Assembly: GCF_963921235.1 (NCBI RefSeq)
Contig: NC_086108.1
Span: 53,694,001-53,758,000, forward strand
Direction of reading: 5' to 3'
DNA: 64,000 nt
From: Mobula hypostoma
Lineage: Eukaryota
The notes beneath the pieces were generated by a model. It saw only the letters and a list, made by a program, of their open reading frames with translations. It ran no database searches and was not told where the DNA came from. The position numbers were made by a program, and so were the translations under genes. Position 1 is the first letter of the stretch, and every line of letters starts with the position of its first letter. This document shows, one piece after another, positions 11,681 to 24,055 of this stretch.

Positions 11681-12701
11681 AATCGATTTACAAGTTGTGC
11701 CAATTGATGTTGAGAGTGAGAACTCTTTCCTGGGACAAGGATATAGAAACAATTGGAAGATTTCATTTTGTTGCTTGGGTTAAAATCAATCTGGACATTT
11801 TCTATATGTAAAGCTCAGTTCTGCAATGTCACTAATTTGGTTTATAACAAATAGTCATTTCTGAATTGTGGCATTTAGTCGAAAACTGAGGGCTGTAGAT
11901 TCCTATGTTTGTATTGGATCTTGTGTATTATCGAGCAAGTGCTGAATGTCTGGGATTGTTTCCTTTTACATACCGTGTAGAACTCAATTCTTTTAACAGA
12001 TTGACTATTTACAGTTATATTCATAGATGTGTAAAGAATCAAAGGCACAGAAATTGAACAGTGGTGCAATTAACCAGATGCTTTTTTCTTTTAGTTTCCT
12101 CTTTGATGAATGTATCAAGCCTCTCCTTAAATCTGACTATCTTCAGTCATTGCATGTAGCTGTGAATTCTGCATTATCCACATTCTGTGTAAGAAAATCT
12201 TCATAATTATTTCTACACTTTTTCCAGTGTCCCTTTTCCAGAACTGTTTCTGGATATGCACACTAAGAATGTGGTCTTTTCAAGGTTTGATAGGAATAAC
12301 GGGACAATATTAACCCTCCCCGCCCCTCTTCTAAATTTCTGTTTCTCTCCAGAAGACATTCAACACTTTGTATCCTTTGTGACTCCAGCATCCTGCCTTG
12401 CTACTATTAGTGATTTATATACCAGGATTCCGAGGACTCTGTGTCTGTACTCTTTAATTTCCTTAGTAAGGTCTCCTTACTCACATGATGTATATCAAAG
12501 TCAAATTTTGATATGTTGAATTTAATTTCAATTCATGTACTTAGCACAATTCCTTAATTTAACTACTTCAGACCCAGAGAGTTTCCATAAGGAAATAAGA
12601 TGATTATATACAACATTCTTGCAGAATGGCTACAACCAAAGGAAATCAATCAGGCCCTTAAAAGCGCCAACGGTTAAACAACAATGAGGAGGAACCCATC
12701 A

Positions 12702-13108
12702 CCTAGGGCCAAAATACATCTCTGATCTGTTACTGCATTATGAACCTTCCTGAGCTCTCAGGTAGTTTGGGGCAGGTCTGCTTACCGTCCTCAGGATCAA
12801 AACTAAACATGGTGAAGCAGCTTTTAGTTACTATGCTCCACATATCTGGAATAACATTCCAGATGATCTGAAGTCTGCCCCAACTTCAAGCTCTTTTTAA
12901 ATCGAGGCTTAAAACTTTTCTTTTCACTGTATCTTTTAATTAGAATCTCCTGCATTGTAACTTTTATTTCTTTATTTTTATGTGTGATTTTATTCTCTTT
13001 ATATTGTCTGAAATTCGATGTTTGATTTTTATATCTTGTCCTTTGTAAAGCACCTTGAACTGCTTGGTGTTTGAAAAGCGATATACAAATAAACTTGCCT
13101 TGCCTTGC
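12702..13108 (+). mobile_element. L2 LINE 3' end nested in the PLE
   Basis: LGPKYISDLLLHYEPS*ALR*FGAGLLTVLRIKTKHGEAAFSYYAPHIWNNIPDDLKSAPT../KSRLKTFLF, then 3'UTR gtaaagcaccttga...aataaacttgccttgccttgc. Confidence 0.9.
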
Positions 13109-13665
13109 TACTGTCTGTTCTGTCTGCCCTATATTTCCAGTGTCTAGAAGGTTCACCAGGATTCTGAAGAAATATCAGAATAATACCATCCACAAACCTG
13201 TAAGGAAGCTCAAATCACAGCTTATTCAGGTCAAAAGATGACCTGGGACTCAGGATGACTGGCATTTACAGGATTCCCTGTGAATGCGGAGCTGTGTATA
13301 TCGGCCAGACAGGGTGTACAGTGGAAACCCGCATCAAGGAGCATAGAAGGTGTATCCATTTGGGTTACCCGGAGAAATTGGCGGTAGCAGAACTTTGCAT
13401 TTGAAATGGCCATAGGGTCGACTTCGACAGCACAAAGCTACTGTGCCATGCCAATGACTTTTGGGACCACCTGGTAAAGGAAGCCATTGAAATAAAACTG
13501 GAGGAAAAGAATTTTAACAAAGATGAAGGTCTCACTCCAAGTAAGAACCTGAATTCGATTGTAAACAAGGTAGGACAGCGGAAACCTGATTGGATGAGGA
13601 CTACCGATCAAGAAGGGCGGACAATGGAAGTATACATACCACTGGACTAGACTTGCCTAGGCATC

Positions 13666-13709
13666 ATCCCTGATGAAGATGACAGAGTTGGTCAAAAAAA
13701 ATGTTGGAT
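13666..13709 (+). ncRNA. Decayed minimal hammerhead motif in the second PLE family
   Basis: AUCC-CUGAUGA-aga UGAC agaguug GUCA-(A-run replacing GAAA)-GUU^GGAU. Stem I AUCC/GGAU intact, GAAA lost. Confidence 0.6.
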
Positions 13710-14294
13710 AAAATCGATACTTGAACCCAGCTGGATGCCTGAGAAGAGTTTATTTGTCATATACACCATAAAAGCACTAGTTCCTTATGCTTTTTATCAC
13801 CAAAGCAAGACTGATTCAGAAAATATCAAAGTACTCTCAGGGTTTATTCATAGTTTTAGGCAGAGTAATTGTGATAATTCTCTTTACCTCATATGTTGTA
13901 TATCCAACTGATCTTGAACTTGAATTGGAAATAACAGGCACTCTCAAATAAAAATGGTCCTTGCCAGTGGTAACATCCCTCACTGTGATGTGTGCAAACA
14001 AGAAATCCCAAACAATAACAAACACGATAAGCAGCCTTTGGATCACATCCTTGCAAGAATGGTGTGAAATTGCATCATTGGTACAACTTGTAATTCGTTT
14101 TTACAGAAGGATCTTCTGGCCATAATCTAAAGCACATTATCTGTAGTTAATTGCGGGGTGAATGTTTTGTTTTTGAGGTGAAAGGCTGTAAATTTGGTTT
14201 ATTATTAAAAGATAGTTTATGATTTTCTTTGAACACCTATCTCCACATATCCCTCCCTTTTAGAGCTTTCTGCTGCAGTCAGTCCTTTCACTTG

Positions 14295-14535
14295 ATGTTC
14301 CAGAGTTCCAGTGCCGATCTGTAAGGAGTCCCTGTACATCCTCCCCGTAGAGCGTGTGGGTTCTCCCCATCTGCTCTGGTATCCTCCTACAGTCCAAAGA
14401 TGTACCATGCAGGTTAATTGGTCATTGTAAATTGTCCTGTGATTACGTTAGGGTTAATCAGGGTTGTGGGGCAGCATGGCTCCAAGGGCCAGAAGGACCT
14501 ACGCTGCGCTGTATCAGTAATAAATAATAAATAAA
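14295..14535 (+). mobile_element. V-SINE (HE1-like)
   Basis: ctgtaaggagtccctgtacatcctccccgtagagcgtgtgggtttctcc..cagtccaaagatgtacc..ggttaattggtc, (taaa)n tail. Confidence 0.85.
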
Positions 14536-15064
14536 CAAGAGTCCTAAGGCTTTTCTGACACATCAATTTTTTTCATTGTTTCTTACCTATCTGTTAATGG
14601 GGACATCATTTCAAACCCTCATTTTACTTCCCCAATAAAAAGCAGGCAAGCAATTTTCTGAAGATTCATGCAAATCTGACGAGGTACCATTCCTTTCTAG
14701 ACTCAGTTATACAGCAGAAAGTTCTGCCAGTCAGTACTTCTTACCCTGAGAGTCAATTAGCAGAATCATAAGGCCTGGCTACATCCAAGTGGGACAGTGT
14801 CTACACCTCACATGAAGATTGCCTGTGGTACCTGGGTTTCAGAGGGATAGAGGCCTAAGGAGGACTTTGTCCTTCATTTATCTTTTGTGATTCGACTAAC
14901 TGGTCAAGCAGTTCCCTACTCTTAGTGGTTTGTAAAAGGTAAATGTTTAAACACTTGAATAGCTGAAAGTGTTCTTTTAGCATTGACTTGTGGGGTGCTA
15001 GACTATCAAAATGTGGAGTTGAGGATTAAAAACAGGCACATTTCCCTTGTCCCTTTTACCACTC

Positions 15065-15310
15065 CAGCACTTCCAAGGAAACGAAACATGCTTTTCATTA
15101 CAGTCACTCTTGTAATGTAGGAAATGTAGCAGCCAATTTTGCACATGACAGGCACATATAAACAGTAGTGTGATTCTGTCCAGATTGTGCTTTGGTGATG
15201 TTGGTGGATGGTTGAATAATAGCCTGCATACTAGGGAGAAGTGCCCTGCTCTTCTTCAGAGTAGTGCCAAGAAATGTTTTAAGTCAATTGAAAGCATCTC
15301 ATCTGAAGGA
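15065..15310 (-). mobile_element. Old Deu-domain SINE
   Basis: gtcactcttgtaatgtaggaaatgtagcagccaattttgcaca...gggagaagtgccctgctcttcttc = reverse Deu domain. Confidence 0.75.
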
Positions 15311-15659
15311 AGCTATATTCCAGTTCAAATATTTGAATAATGCAACGGTGATTTTTTTTCCCCACCTTAAACAGTACATTGGCTATGGAGCTAAGGGGTT
15401 TGAGAAACATCAAAAGACATTGGACCTTGTAGTGTGTGAGATAAATGGGCCACATTGGGAATCAGACTGCCTCATGCAGGCACAAAATTCATAAATCACT
15501 GAAAGCTTCATGCAGGGGATGGGAGAAGTGAGTAGAAGTGCAAAAAATTCCTCCCCCCCCCCCACCCACCCACTTGCTTATTTCAAAGGAAAAAGCTTAG
15601 GTATTTTTGTTCTTAGTTCAGTCAACAAAAACTTGCTTCATCTCGGTGTACATTAATCT

Positions 15660-16165
15660 TAACCTCACCTTGAGTCGGGAGGTCAGGGTTCAACTCCCAG
15701 TCTAGGGATGGAGCACAGAATCAACAGCAAAAGATAAACTGCTGGAAGAGCTCGGTGTGCTGAGCAACATCTGTGGGGACAGAAGGATTGTTGATATTCG
15801 GATAGGGACGCTGTATCTGGAGCACAGGATCCAGTTTGGCATCTCACTGCAGCACTGAGTGAACATTGCACTGACAGTGGATAAAATATTAACTCTAAGC
15901 CTTGTCTCCTGTCTAAGGTGAAGATAGAACTTCATGTAGCAGTATTTTGATATGAGAAAGAAAGTGAATGCTGATAATGTGACCTATATATCCCACAGTT
16001 AACATCCCTAAAACAAACTGTCTGGTGATTATCAAACCAGTCTCTCTTATATTAGGACAGGAGAGACATCTGCAGTGACTATACTGCAGATGTTCTCCAT
16101 TGTCTATAAATGGTTTTGCAACATCATGCCTTTATAAAAGGTACTGCACTGATGTAAGTTTTTAA
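15660..16165 (+). mobile_element. Old Deu-domain SINE containing a decayed PLE pseudo-LTR (about 15722-15822, minus strand)
   Basis: tRNA-like head ggttcaactccc, Deu-like body aacatccctaaaacaaactgtctggtgattatca. Insert reads cacagatgttgctcagcacaccgagctcttccagcag on the minus strand. Confidence 0.55.
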
Positions 16166-18129
16166 AAATTTTTTGTATTCAACCTTTTATTTTTTTATTC
16201 CTCTTTTATATATCTCCATTTTGAATAAATGCAGTTGCATTGTGGAAACAGTTGATCAAGTTTGTTAAGCAAGTAATCTTGGGTAAACTTTTCCATTCCT
16301 GCTCCCTGCTGTAAGTATGATTTCGCTGTGACCATGAATTCTGGGGATAGGCGGCACAAAAGAAAACAGAGACCCAGTCACGATGGGAAGTTAAGATGCC
16401 CGACTAGACAGCATTCAGCATTGATGTGAAGTTCCATCAGGGCTCCTGCTGTTCTCGCTAAGCTCATGCCACACCTCCCACAGCTCGCTGAACAAGCAGC
16501 GTTTGTGCTTATCATTAACCCTGCCCTTACTGGCTCTCGGAGACCTCTGACATGGAATGAATTGACTTTAGAACATACATCACATTAACTTTGGGAGCTC
16601 TATGCAAGTGATGGTGATTCTCTGAGAAATTATGTTGTGGAATAAACTATAATGGGTTAACGAATTGGTACCAGGGCTCTTGAATAATTTTCTATCAAAG
16701 ACTTCATGTTGCTGTTCATTCCTCATTCATCTTTGTTCTTCCACCTCTCTTTTTTGCACATCTTCCACTTTAACTTTCTCTCATGTCAGTTGGTATTGTT
16801 GCCCTTTGTTAATGTGTTTTGCTTGGATTCGGTTTCCTTTCCTCCTGATGAGTGACTGTGGGGACCAGCAAGAGATCTCCTCATGTCAAGGAAGCAGTGG
16901 GTCTTGGGGAATGGCAGTAGGCAAATTGGCTACAGTTGCCTTTCATTTGGTTTTTAATAAAAAACTAACACAAATATTATGAATTTAGCACAATAGGGAG
17001 CGTATTTTAGTTTCATTGATCAGAATGCTAATGATTGAATCTGTGGATGTGAAAAATGTTCTTACAAGGGAGCAATGTCCTTCTTGTTTTCATCAAGTCA
17101 TTGTGCATTTTTATAATACAGTGGTGTTTTAGCTTACTTGGCCTGTATGTTCAGAATAGACAGGAAAAACTTGCCAAACAACTTTCAGAGCTAACAGTCC
17201 CTTTAAAGTAAACAAGAATTGCTATATCTGTGGATCTGTTAATGAGAGGCCTTGCTGTTCTAATCAGTAGACCGAAAATCACGGGACCCAGTGAATAACG
17301 GAAGCTAACCGATCCTGAAAATACTTCAGAATTTGAGTTGCATGATTTTCCTTAATTCTGCAATATAATTTGCTGACCCGACATTATAAATATGCAGATA
17401 ATTCCAAATATTTTCTATAGTGGGGTTGATAAACCTGACACAGATGTGAAGGGTGCTATATAATTGCAACACATTCTTTTGTTTCTATATTTCAATTTTT
17501 TTCTGATTTTATGATCTCAAATTGGACTCTTTTTCTTAACCCTTTACCCCCTCCAGTAAGGAACTTCAGCAGTGCTTTCCATGTTTTTTTTGCAGCATGC
17601 TACTCTAGGCATAAAATGACATTGCTACATTATCAATGAGCCAAATTCCAGGTAGTCCTCTTCATTGCAAGCTTCGTCTCTGTAATCATGTTGGTTTGAG
17701 CTCCTCCACCATTCTCAATTTTGATTGAGCAGCTGAGCCGATTGTGTGTCCTGTTCTGTAAGTCCAATCCCAGGTCGGGGTACAGACTCAGAAAATGCTG
17801 AAAGTGGTGAGGCAGTGTCTGGGAAAAGAGAAACAGGAGTTGAGTTTCAGATTGAAGAATCTTTCTAACTATCCAGATAACTGATCTGTAGGAAGTGAAA
17901 ACCTCAGTCTCATTCCCTCTTTGGTGATCCTTGCTGTAGACGTCAACAAAGAACAGGATTTGACTCAGCTACGTATAACGTTCCCTGTGTTCAACTACCC
18001 TGATGTCACCCTCACAACCAAAACGTGGCTGATTGGAATGAAGGTGTCTGGAGCCCATGGATATTCACCTTAAAAAGGAATTGGCATCTTTTAATATTCT
18101 ATAATAATTATAGAACAACATGGGTCCTA

Positions 18130-18430
18130 GAATGCAGCGGAACTGCTGTCTCATGTTCAGCTCTGAATTCTGGCACTGCCCAGGTGGAGTTTGCAAGTTC
18201 TCCATATGACCACATGTCGTTCCTCAGTATTCTGTGTTTTTTTGCCCGCTTTCAAAGTAGGTGTGGGTGGGTAGCCAATTGGCTGCTGTAAATTGCCCCT
18301 ATTGTGTAGCAGAATCTGAGGTGAATTGATGAAAATGTGTGGAAAATAGTAAGTGGGGTGAGTCTCGGGTTAATGTATTTGGGTATTTGAAGGTTGGTAG
18401 GGACTGTTTCTGTGCTGTAGGACTCTATGA
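18130..18430 (+). mobile_element. V-SINE, older subfamily
   Basis: gtggagtttgcaagttctccatatgaccacatg..aattggctgctgtaaattgcccct..ctgtttctgtgctgta. Confidence 0.7.
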
Positions 18431-19704
18431 CGTCTAAAAACCATCTGTGGGCTGTTTATCCACAAGTAGAACTAGCTTGGCTACTGAAGTAGGTTCAGTC
18501 AGTGGACTGGAATATAACATCACCATTGATATGGTCTGACACGTCGTTGGCATGATACTGGGAAAGGTCACTGTCACTTCAGCGAAACATTCTTAGGTCT
18601 TAGATATGCCAAAATTAGCAAAGCAACTAACTCAAAATATCTGTTTTGCAGTTTATGGATTGGAATTTTCATCGCAGTCAGAGAGAGTTTAGAAACGCGT
18701 AATGCAGAAACTAAGACATGTGGTGCAGTGCCAGTCCTTAAAGAGTGTGCTTTAAGGTTTCCGATCTGTCTGACCTCAGCTGACCTGGTGGTGTTGACTG
18801 TGTTGGCTGTAGAGAGCGAGGGGTACAGTTATCCCTCAAAATTTGGGTATTTCACAGGGGTTAAGGAGGAGAAATATGCCAATTCTTAATTGTTATGCCT
18901 TCTCTATGATTAGGTGTAGACCGAATTGTTCTCAGCTGTGTTCCTAATTTATGTTTCACATTATTTTGTGCCTGCTTTTCAATGGTTTTTCAGACTGCCC
19001 TTGCTGAGAGCACGACTAGAGGATAGGGTAATTGCACAAGGCTCTTGAGTGAACTGCAAGCAATGGACATCAGATATCAAGTCAGAGCGTGTAACACTTC
19101 ACCTTACTGAAGAGACAGGTTGTAGTCGTCTAGTATATTCACCCAGTATGTGAAACATACCTCCCTCTAAATACGTACTTGTATGGTTCCCTTTGAGCTA
19201 ATTACAAGTGTCTGTCTGTAGAATAGGGCCCAATTTACTTAGGTTGTTCAGTTGTTTTAAATTATTGCACAGAAAAGTATTCTGATGCTGCAGATACCTT
19301 GCGTATGGCACAGTCACCAGCAGCTTCAGCAGAGGTGCTGGGATATGCATTAAATGACCTGTGCACTTCACAGACTCTCCACAACACTGCAGAGTTCCAA
19401 CTCTGCTGTTGCTGTCACTGGCTGTTTCACGACCAAAGAGAAGCTATTTGTAATGCCATTTAATACTAACTATCCCTGCAAAACAATGTGGTGGGTACGT
19501 AGCTGGCAAATAAAAATGGTAGTTTGTGATTTTTAGTTAATAATTTCATGAATGGTTTAATCGGCGATTGGGGAGTGGTGTGCTGGTGCAGGGCAGTGTT
19601 TATGGAAGTGATTTGGTCTGTAGAGTGGAAATGAAGCGTGGGAGAATGACCTAGTTCCTGGCTACAGAGAGCTTTCGTAACTGAAGGAGGGGCAACACTT
19701 AGTT

Positions 19705-20305
19705 ATATAGTTGGAGAGTACTACAGCACAGAAACAGGCCCTTTGGCCTATCCAGTCCATGCTGAACTGTTAATCAGCCTAGTCCCATTGATCTGCATCT
19801 GGACCACACCCCTCCCATCCATGTACTTGTCCAAATATCTCTTAAATGTTGCTGTCGAACCCACATCCACCATTTCCACTGGCAACATCCGGGACTCGAG
19901 GATCTGAGTAAAATTCCTTTGTACTCTTTTAATCTTTCCTGTAGAACTCCACACAATGATCCAGATTTGGCCTCACCAGCATGTTATGCAAATTTAACAT
20001 AACGTCCCAACTCTTGGACTTAATACTTTGATTTCCGAAGAGCAATGTGTCAAAAGCTCTCATTGTGACCCTATCTACCTATCAATGAATTATGGATCAC
20101 TGTTCCAGGATCTCTTGGTTCTACTGCACTCCTCAGTGCTCTGCCGTTCACTCTGTATGTCATCCCAAAATGCAACACCTCATGTTTGTCTGTGTTAGAT
20201 TTGATACGCCATTTTTCAGACTATTTTTCCAGCTGGTCCAAATCCCACTTTGATAGCCTTCCTGACTGTCCTCAACACCCCCAATCTTGGTGTCATCTGC
20301 AATTT
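19705..20305 (-). mobile_element. CR1 3' part
   Basis: RVQRNFT..TATFKRYLDKYMD (ORF 19748-19954) and CR1 3'UTR. Confidence 0.8.
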
Positions 20306-20459
20306 TGCTAAAAGAGTAATTGACCACCTAACAGCAGTGATGATGAGAGGGGTACCTGATGTGCCTCTATTTACCAACAGAAAAGAGAGGATCCTGTTCC
20401 CTGATTTGAGGGCAAAATTCTTTCTGCTCTGAAATTCGTTCACGTGTTAGTCCCAGGTT

Positions 20460-21690
20460 AGATAGGTTATGCTGGCTGCTTTACCAAGGCAGTGAAATGT
20501 CCATATCAGAATCCGAGGAGGGGAGGCTGCTTTTCGTGCTGAGCTCTGTCCACAACTCTGCAGTTTCTTACAGTCATGGACAAAGCAATTGTCATACCAA
20601 GGTGAGATATATCCAGATAGGAGGCTTTCTGCTGTGCATTGATAAAGCTAGTGAGGGTCAAAGGGGACATGCTAAACTTTTTTAGCTTCCAAAGGTACTG
20701 GGGAACTTTCTGGGCCATAGTGTCTGCGTGGTTGGACCAGGACAGCATATTGGCAATGTTCGCTCATGGAAGCCTGAAGCTCTCGACTCCCTCGAACTCA
20801 GCACTTGATGTAAACAGGAGTATCTCCATCATCCCCTTTCCTGAAATCAATGATTAGCTCTTTGGTTTTGCTGATATTAAGGGAAAGGTTGTTGTCACAA
20901 CACCATGTTTCCATTCCTTCCAGTACAACTCACTGTTAATCGTGATTCGCCCCACTACAGTGCTATCATTTGCAAACTTGCAGATGGAGTTAGAGCAGGA
21001 TCTAACGCTTATACGCTCTAGTATCAATTGTTTGGCAACAGTAAAGTGTAAAGTGTAAAGGATCTGGCCGTGCAGTCAGCAGTGTAGAGAGTAGACTAGG
21101 GGACTGAGAATGCAGCCTCATGGGGAGGAGGCATTGCTGCCTATTCTTACTGATTTGGTCTGTTGGTCAGGATGTCAAGGATCCAGTTGCAAAGGGAGGT
21201 ATTGAGACCTAGGTCTAGGAGTTTAGAGATGAGTTGCCTTGGAATTATGGTATTGAAGGGGGGAGCTGTACTCAATAAGCAATAGGCTAACATAGGTGCA
21301 TTTACTGTGTAGAGCCTTCAGAGACGAATATAGGGCCAGGGAGATGCTGAACTGCAGAGGGTCCAGATTGTCCGAGAGTTGGTCCATACCATGACCAGCC
21401 TCTCAAAACATTTCATGATGGTGGATGTCAGAGCCACTGAGTGGTAGTTGTTAGGTACCGGGATGTAGTAGGGTTCTTAAAGCAAGTGCAGTTTGATCTT
21501 AAAACAGATTGAAGCAGGGAGGAGTGTAAAGTGCCGTGCAATACCCCCTGATCTGCTGATCTGCACAGAATCTAAAAAAATGGCCAGGGAATCCATCCTG
21601 GCCAGGTGCTTTCTATGGGTTTACCTCTGGAAGATTGATCAATGTCCGCAATGGTGACTGTGGATTCAGGCACATTGGAAGCTGTCGGCA
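20460..21690 (-). mobile_element. Degenerate Rex1/Babar RT fragment
   Basis: LSWSNHAD..AQK..QYL.KLKKF, FANDSTVVG, IEYSSPFNTIIP, IMKCFERLV and GPDGIPG-like remnants. Confidence 0.8.
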
Positions 21691-22141
21691 TAAGTGGTGA
21701 CCTGTCAAAGTCATGGTCTGAACCAGTGGATGATTGTCTCTGTAGATCTGACCAAGAGCATTTATTAAGTGCACTCAGGTTCACTTCCCATAGATGGTGA
21801 GATCTGCTGGCCTGACAGAAGCACATTATACCTGTGATCAACTCACTGAAGCCTGAACACCTTGTGTCCATTTTCCAGGATCCCGTGACTGTGCAAGTGT
21901 TCTCCCAACGGCTAAGTGATATATATAAATGCAGGAGTAACTGGCAAATATGTGTGCATATATATACATATTGATAAAGGTGCTTTCTCACTCCTTCTTC
22001 ACCAGCATCCACTGCCATCAAGATGATAAATGACCAAGTGGTGAAAGTGTAACAGTTTCCCCTGGACTCTAGCCTCCAAGGAAGTTAATAAACTAAAATC
22101 ACCTGTAGTCCTGACCAGAACAAGGGACTCCCAATTTAAGC

Positions 22142-22142
<1 letters not shown>

Positions 22143-22208
<66 letters not shown>
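22143..22208. repeat. (AC)33 microsatellite expanded from a PLE pseudo-LTR tail
   Basis: Perfect AC run directly followed by gatgctggaggaactcaacaggccaggc; other copies have only aacacacacaaaatgctggagg. Confidence 0.95.
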
Positions 22209-22210
<2 letters not shown>

Positions 22211-22272
22211 TGCTGGAGGAACTCAACAGGCCAGGCAACATCTACGGAAATGAGAGACCCTTCATCGGGACT
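22209..22272 (-). mobile_element. Solo, internally deleted PLE pseudo-LTR with half a hammerhead
   Basis: Minus strand agtc-ccgatga-agggtctc, then the GAAA-GUC half is missing. Confidence 0.75.
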
Positions 22273-23532
22273 TCACATTTCTGGGTGTTGGGTGAGGACA
22301 AGTTCTGAGTGATGCTCTTCACGGCACTGACCCTGTGGCTGAGCAAAGGGTGGTCACTGTGCTGTGCCTATGAGCAACTGTCCTTGTGACAGGCAGTGGG
22401 CTCCGAAAAGCTGCAGTACTAACCAAGCTCGTTTGAAACTGTTGCTTTAAATTACATGTGTTGGGGCACTAGACTTTCAAAGAAAGATCTTTTAGGGAGA
22501 GGAATTTTAGAATCACGTGAGTTTCTCCTTTGTCAGATCTGATCACCAGCTATTCTTCTGTGGCAAATGTCGAAGAAAAAAGCAGTGCCTTTTAGCCTTG
22601 AAAAGTAATGCCAAGGTTCTCAAACGAGAGCACGAGCTGCAAATCACTAGGGTCCAGGGGAATTTGTTTTTTCTCTGGAATGGGGGAGGGTTTCAGGTCA
22701 CTGGGGTTAGCAGTTCTGTTCATTAAGTTAAAATCCATGTGTCATTATATGATGGGAAAGCTGGCTGGATGAAGTGGGGGCGGGGGTTAGTCTCTCCTCC
22801 CCTCACTGCCCCCATCCCCCCACAAAAACCATTCCGTGTCAGGAAAGAAATACTCAGCAAGCAAACTTCAATTGAAGCTGACAGAGGACTCGGCATGTCT
22901 GCTTTGTGTCTAACCAGGTCTGAAACATTTCTTGGGGGTCAAGACAAATGCTGGAAGCCATTTTAATGCAGAACAAAAAAGTTGATTGAAGAAAGACTGG
23001 TTTCCGCTACAGCTTCCTGCTGGGCCGACTGAGAAAGCTCAAGAAGAAAGTCACCTCCAGAAGAAAAGGCCTTTTTTTGTTATTTTTTGTTTTAATTCAA
23101 TTTTCCAGGAATTTTACATATTTCTTTACCTCTTCCAGAAACTTCTGCGGTGAATGACTATGTCCCATACAGGGATTCTGCTTCCTGAGCTCTTGGATGC
23201 TCCATCGCTGTTGGAATGGTGCTGTTAACACACCCACCCTTGTTGATCTTGGGAGAAAGAGGTGCTGATTCAACCTTGGATCCAAGGCCCATTGTATCCA
23301 TACAGTTATTTGACCACAGAGTAGCTACCCCAGCCACCCATCACTGACCGCACTCAGCCAAGGGCAGTGGGCCATCTGAGATGGTCGTACCAGCTGAGGG
23401 TCAGAACAAGGGGAAAATGACCTGTTTATATTCACACCTTTCCAGTTCATATTAATACGAGGCAGTGACAGCTCCCCTCCCTTATGGCGGCCGGAGGAAA
23501 AGGTGCTTGGAGGGAAAGGAAGCAGATGGGCA

Positions 23533-24055
23533 GACCCCACTTGGAGTACAGTGTTCAGTTTTGGTCACCTCACTACAAGCAGGATGTGGATACTATAGAG
23601 AGAGTGCAGAGGAGATTTACAAGGATGTTGCCTGGATTGGGGAGCATGCCTTATGAGAATAGATTGTGAACTTGGCCTTTTCTCCTTGGAGCGGTGGAGG
23701 ATGAGAGGTGACCTGATAGAGGTGTATAAGATGATGAGAGGCATTGATCGTGTGGATAGCCAGTGGCTTATTGCCAGGGCTGAAATGGCTGACACGAGAT
23801 AGCACATTTTTAAGGTGCTTGGAAATAGGTACAAGGGGGATATCAGGGGTAAATTTCTCACCCAGAGAGTGGTGGGTGTGTGGAATCTACTGCCAGTGAC
23901 AGTAGTAGAGGCAGATACAATGGGGTCTTTTAAGGGACCCTTGATAGGTACATGGAACTTAGAAAAATAGAGGGCAATGCGATTGGGTAATTCTAGGCAG
24001 TTTCTAGAATAGGTTACATGGTTGGCACGACATTGTGGGCCGAAGGGCCTGAAAT
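23533..24055 (+). mobile_element. CR1 3' end
   Basis: RPHLEYSVQFWSPHYKQDVDTIERVQRRFTRMLPGL; UTR ttgtgggccgaagggcctg. Confidence 0.9.

Larger units (their letters stand above)
12565..13790 (+). mobile_element. Penelope-like element (Poseidon/Penelope-type), RT C-terminus + GIY-YIG endonuclease + pseudo-LTR, interrupted by L2
   Basis: TTFLQNGYNQ (RT thumb), CLPYIS, and from 13261 GIYRIPCECGAVYIGQTGCTVETRIKEHRR...VKEAIEIKLEEKNFNKDEG. Frameshifts and stops present. Confidence 0.9.

Noticed and set aside
20337..20404. GTGATGA...CTGA...CTGA as a C/D snoRNA
   Set aside because: No terminal stem and no guide complementarity I can recognise.
21572..22021. 149-aa ORF
   Set aside because: Runs from unique DNA into out-of-frame Rex1 RT sequence; chance ORF.
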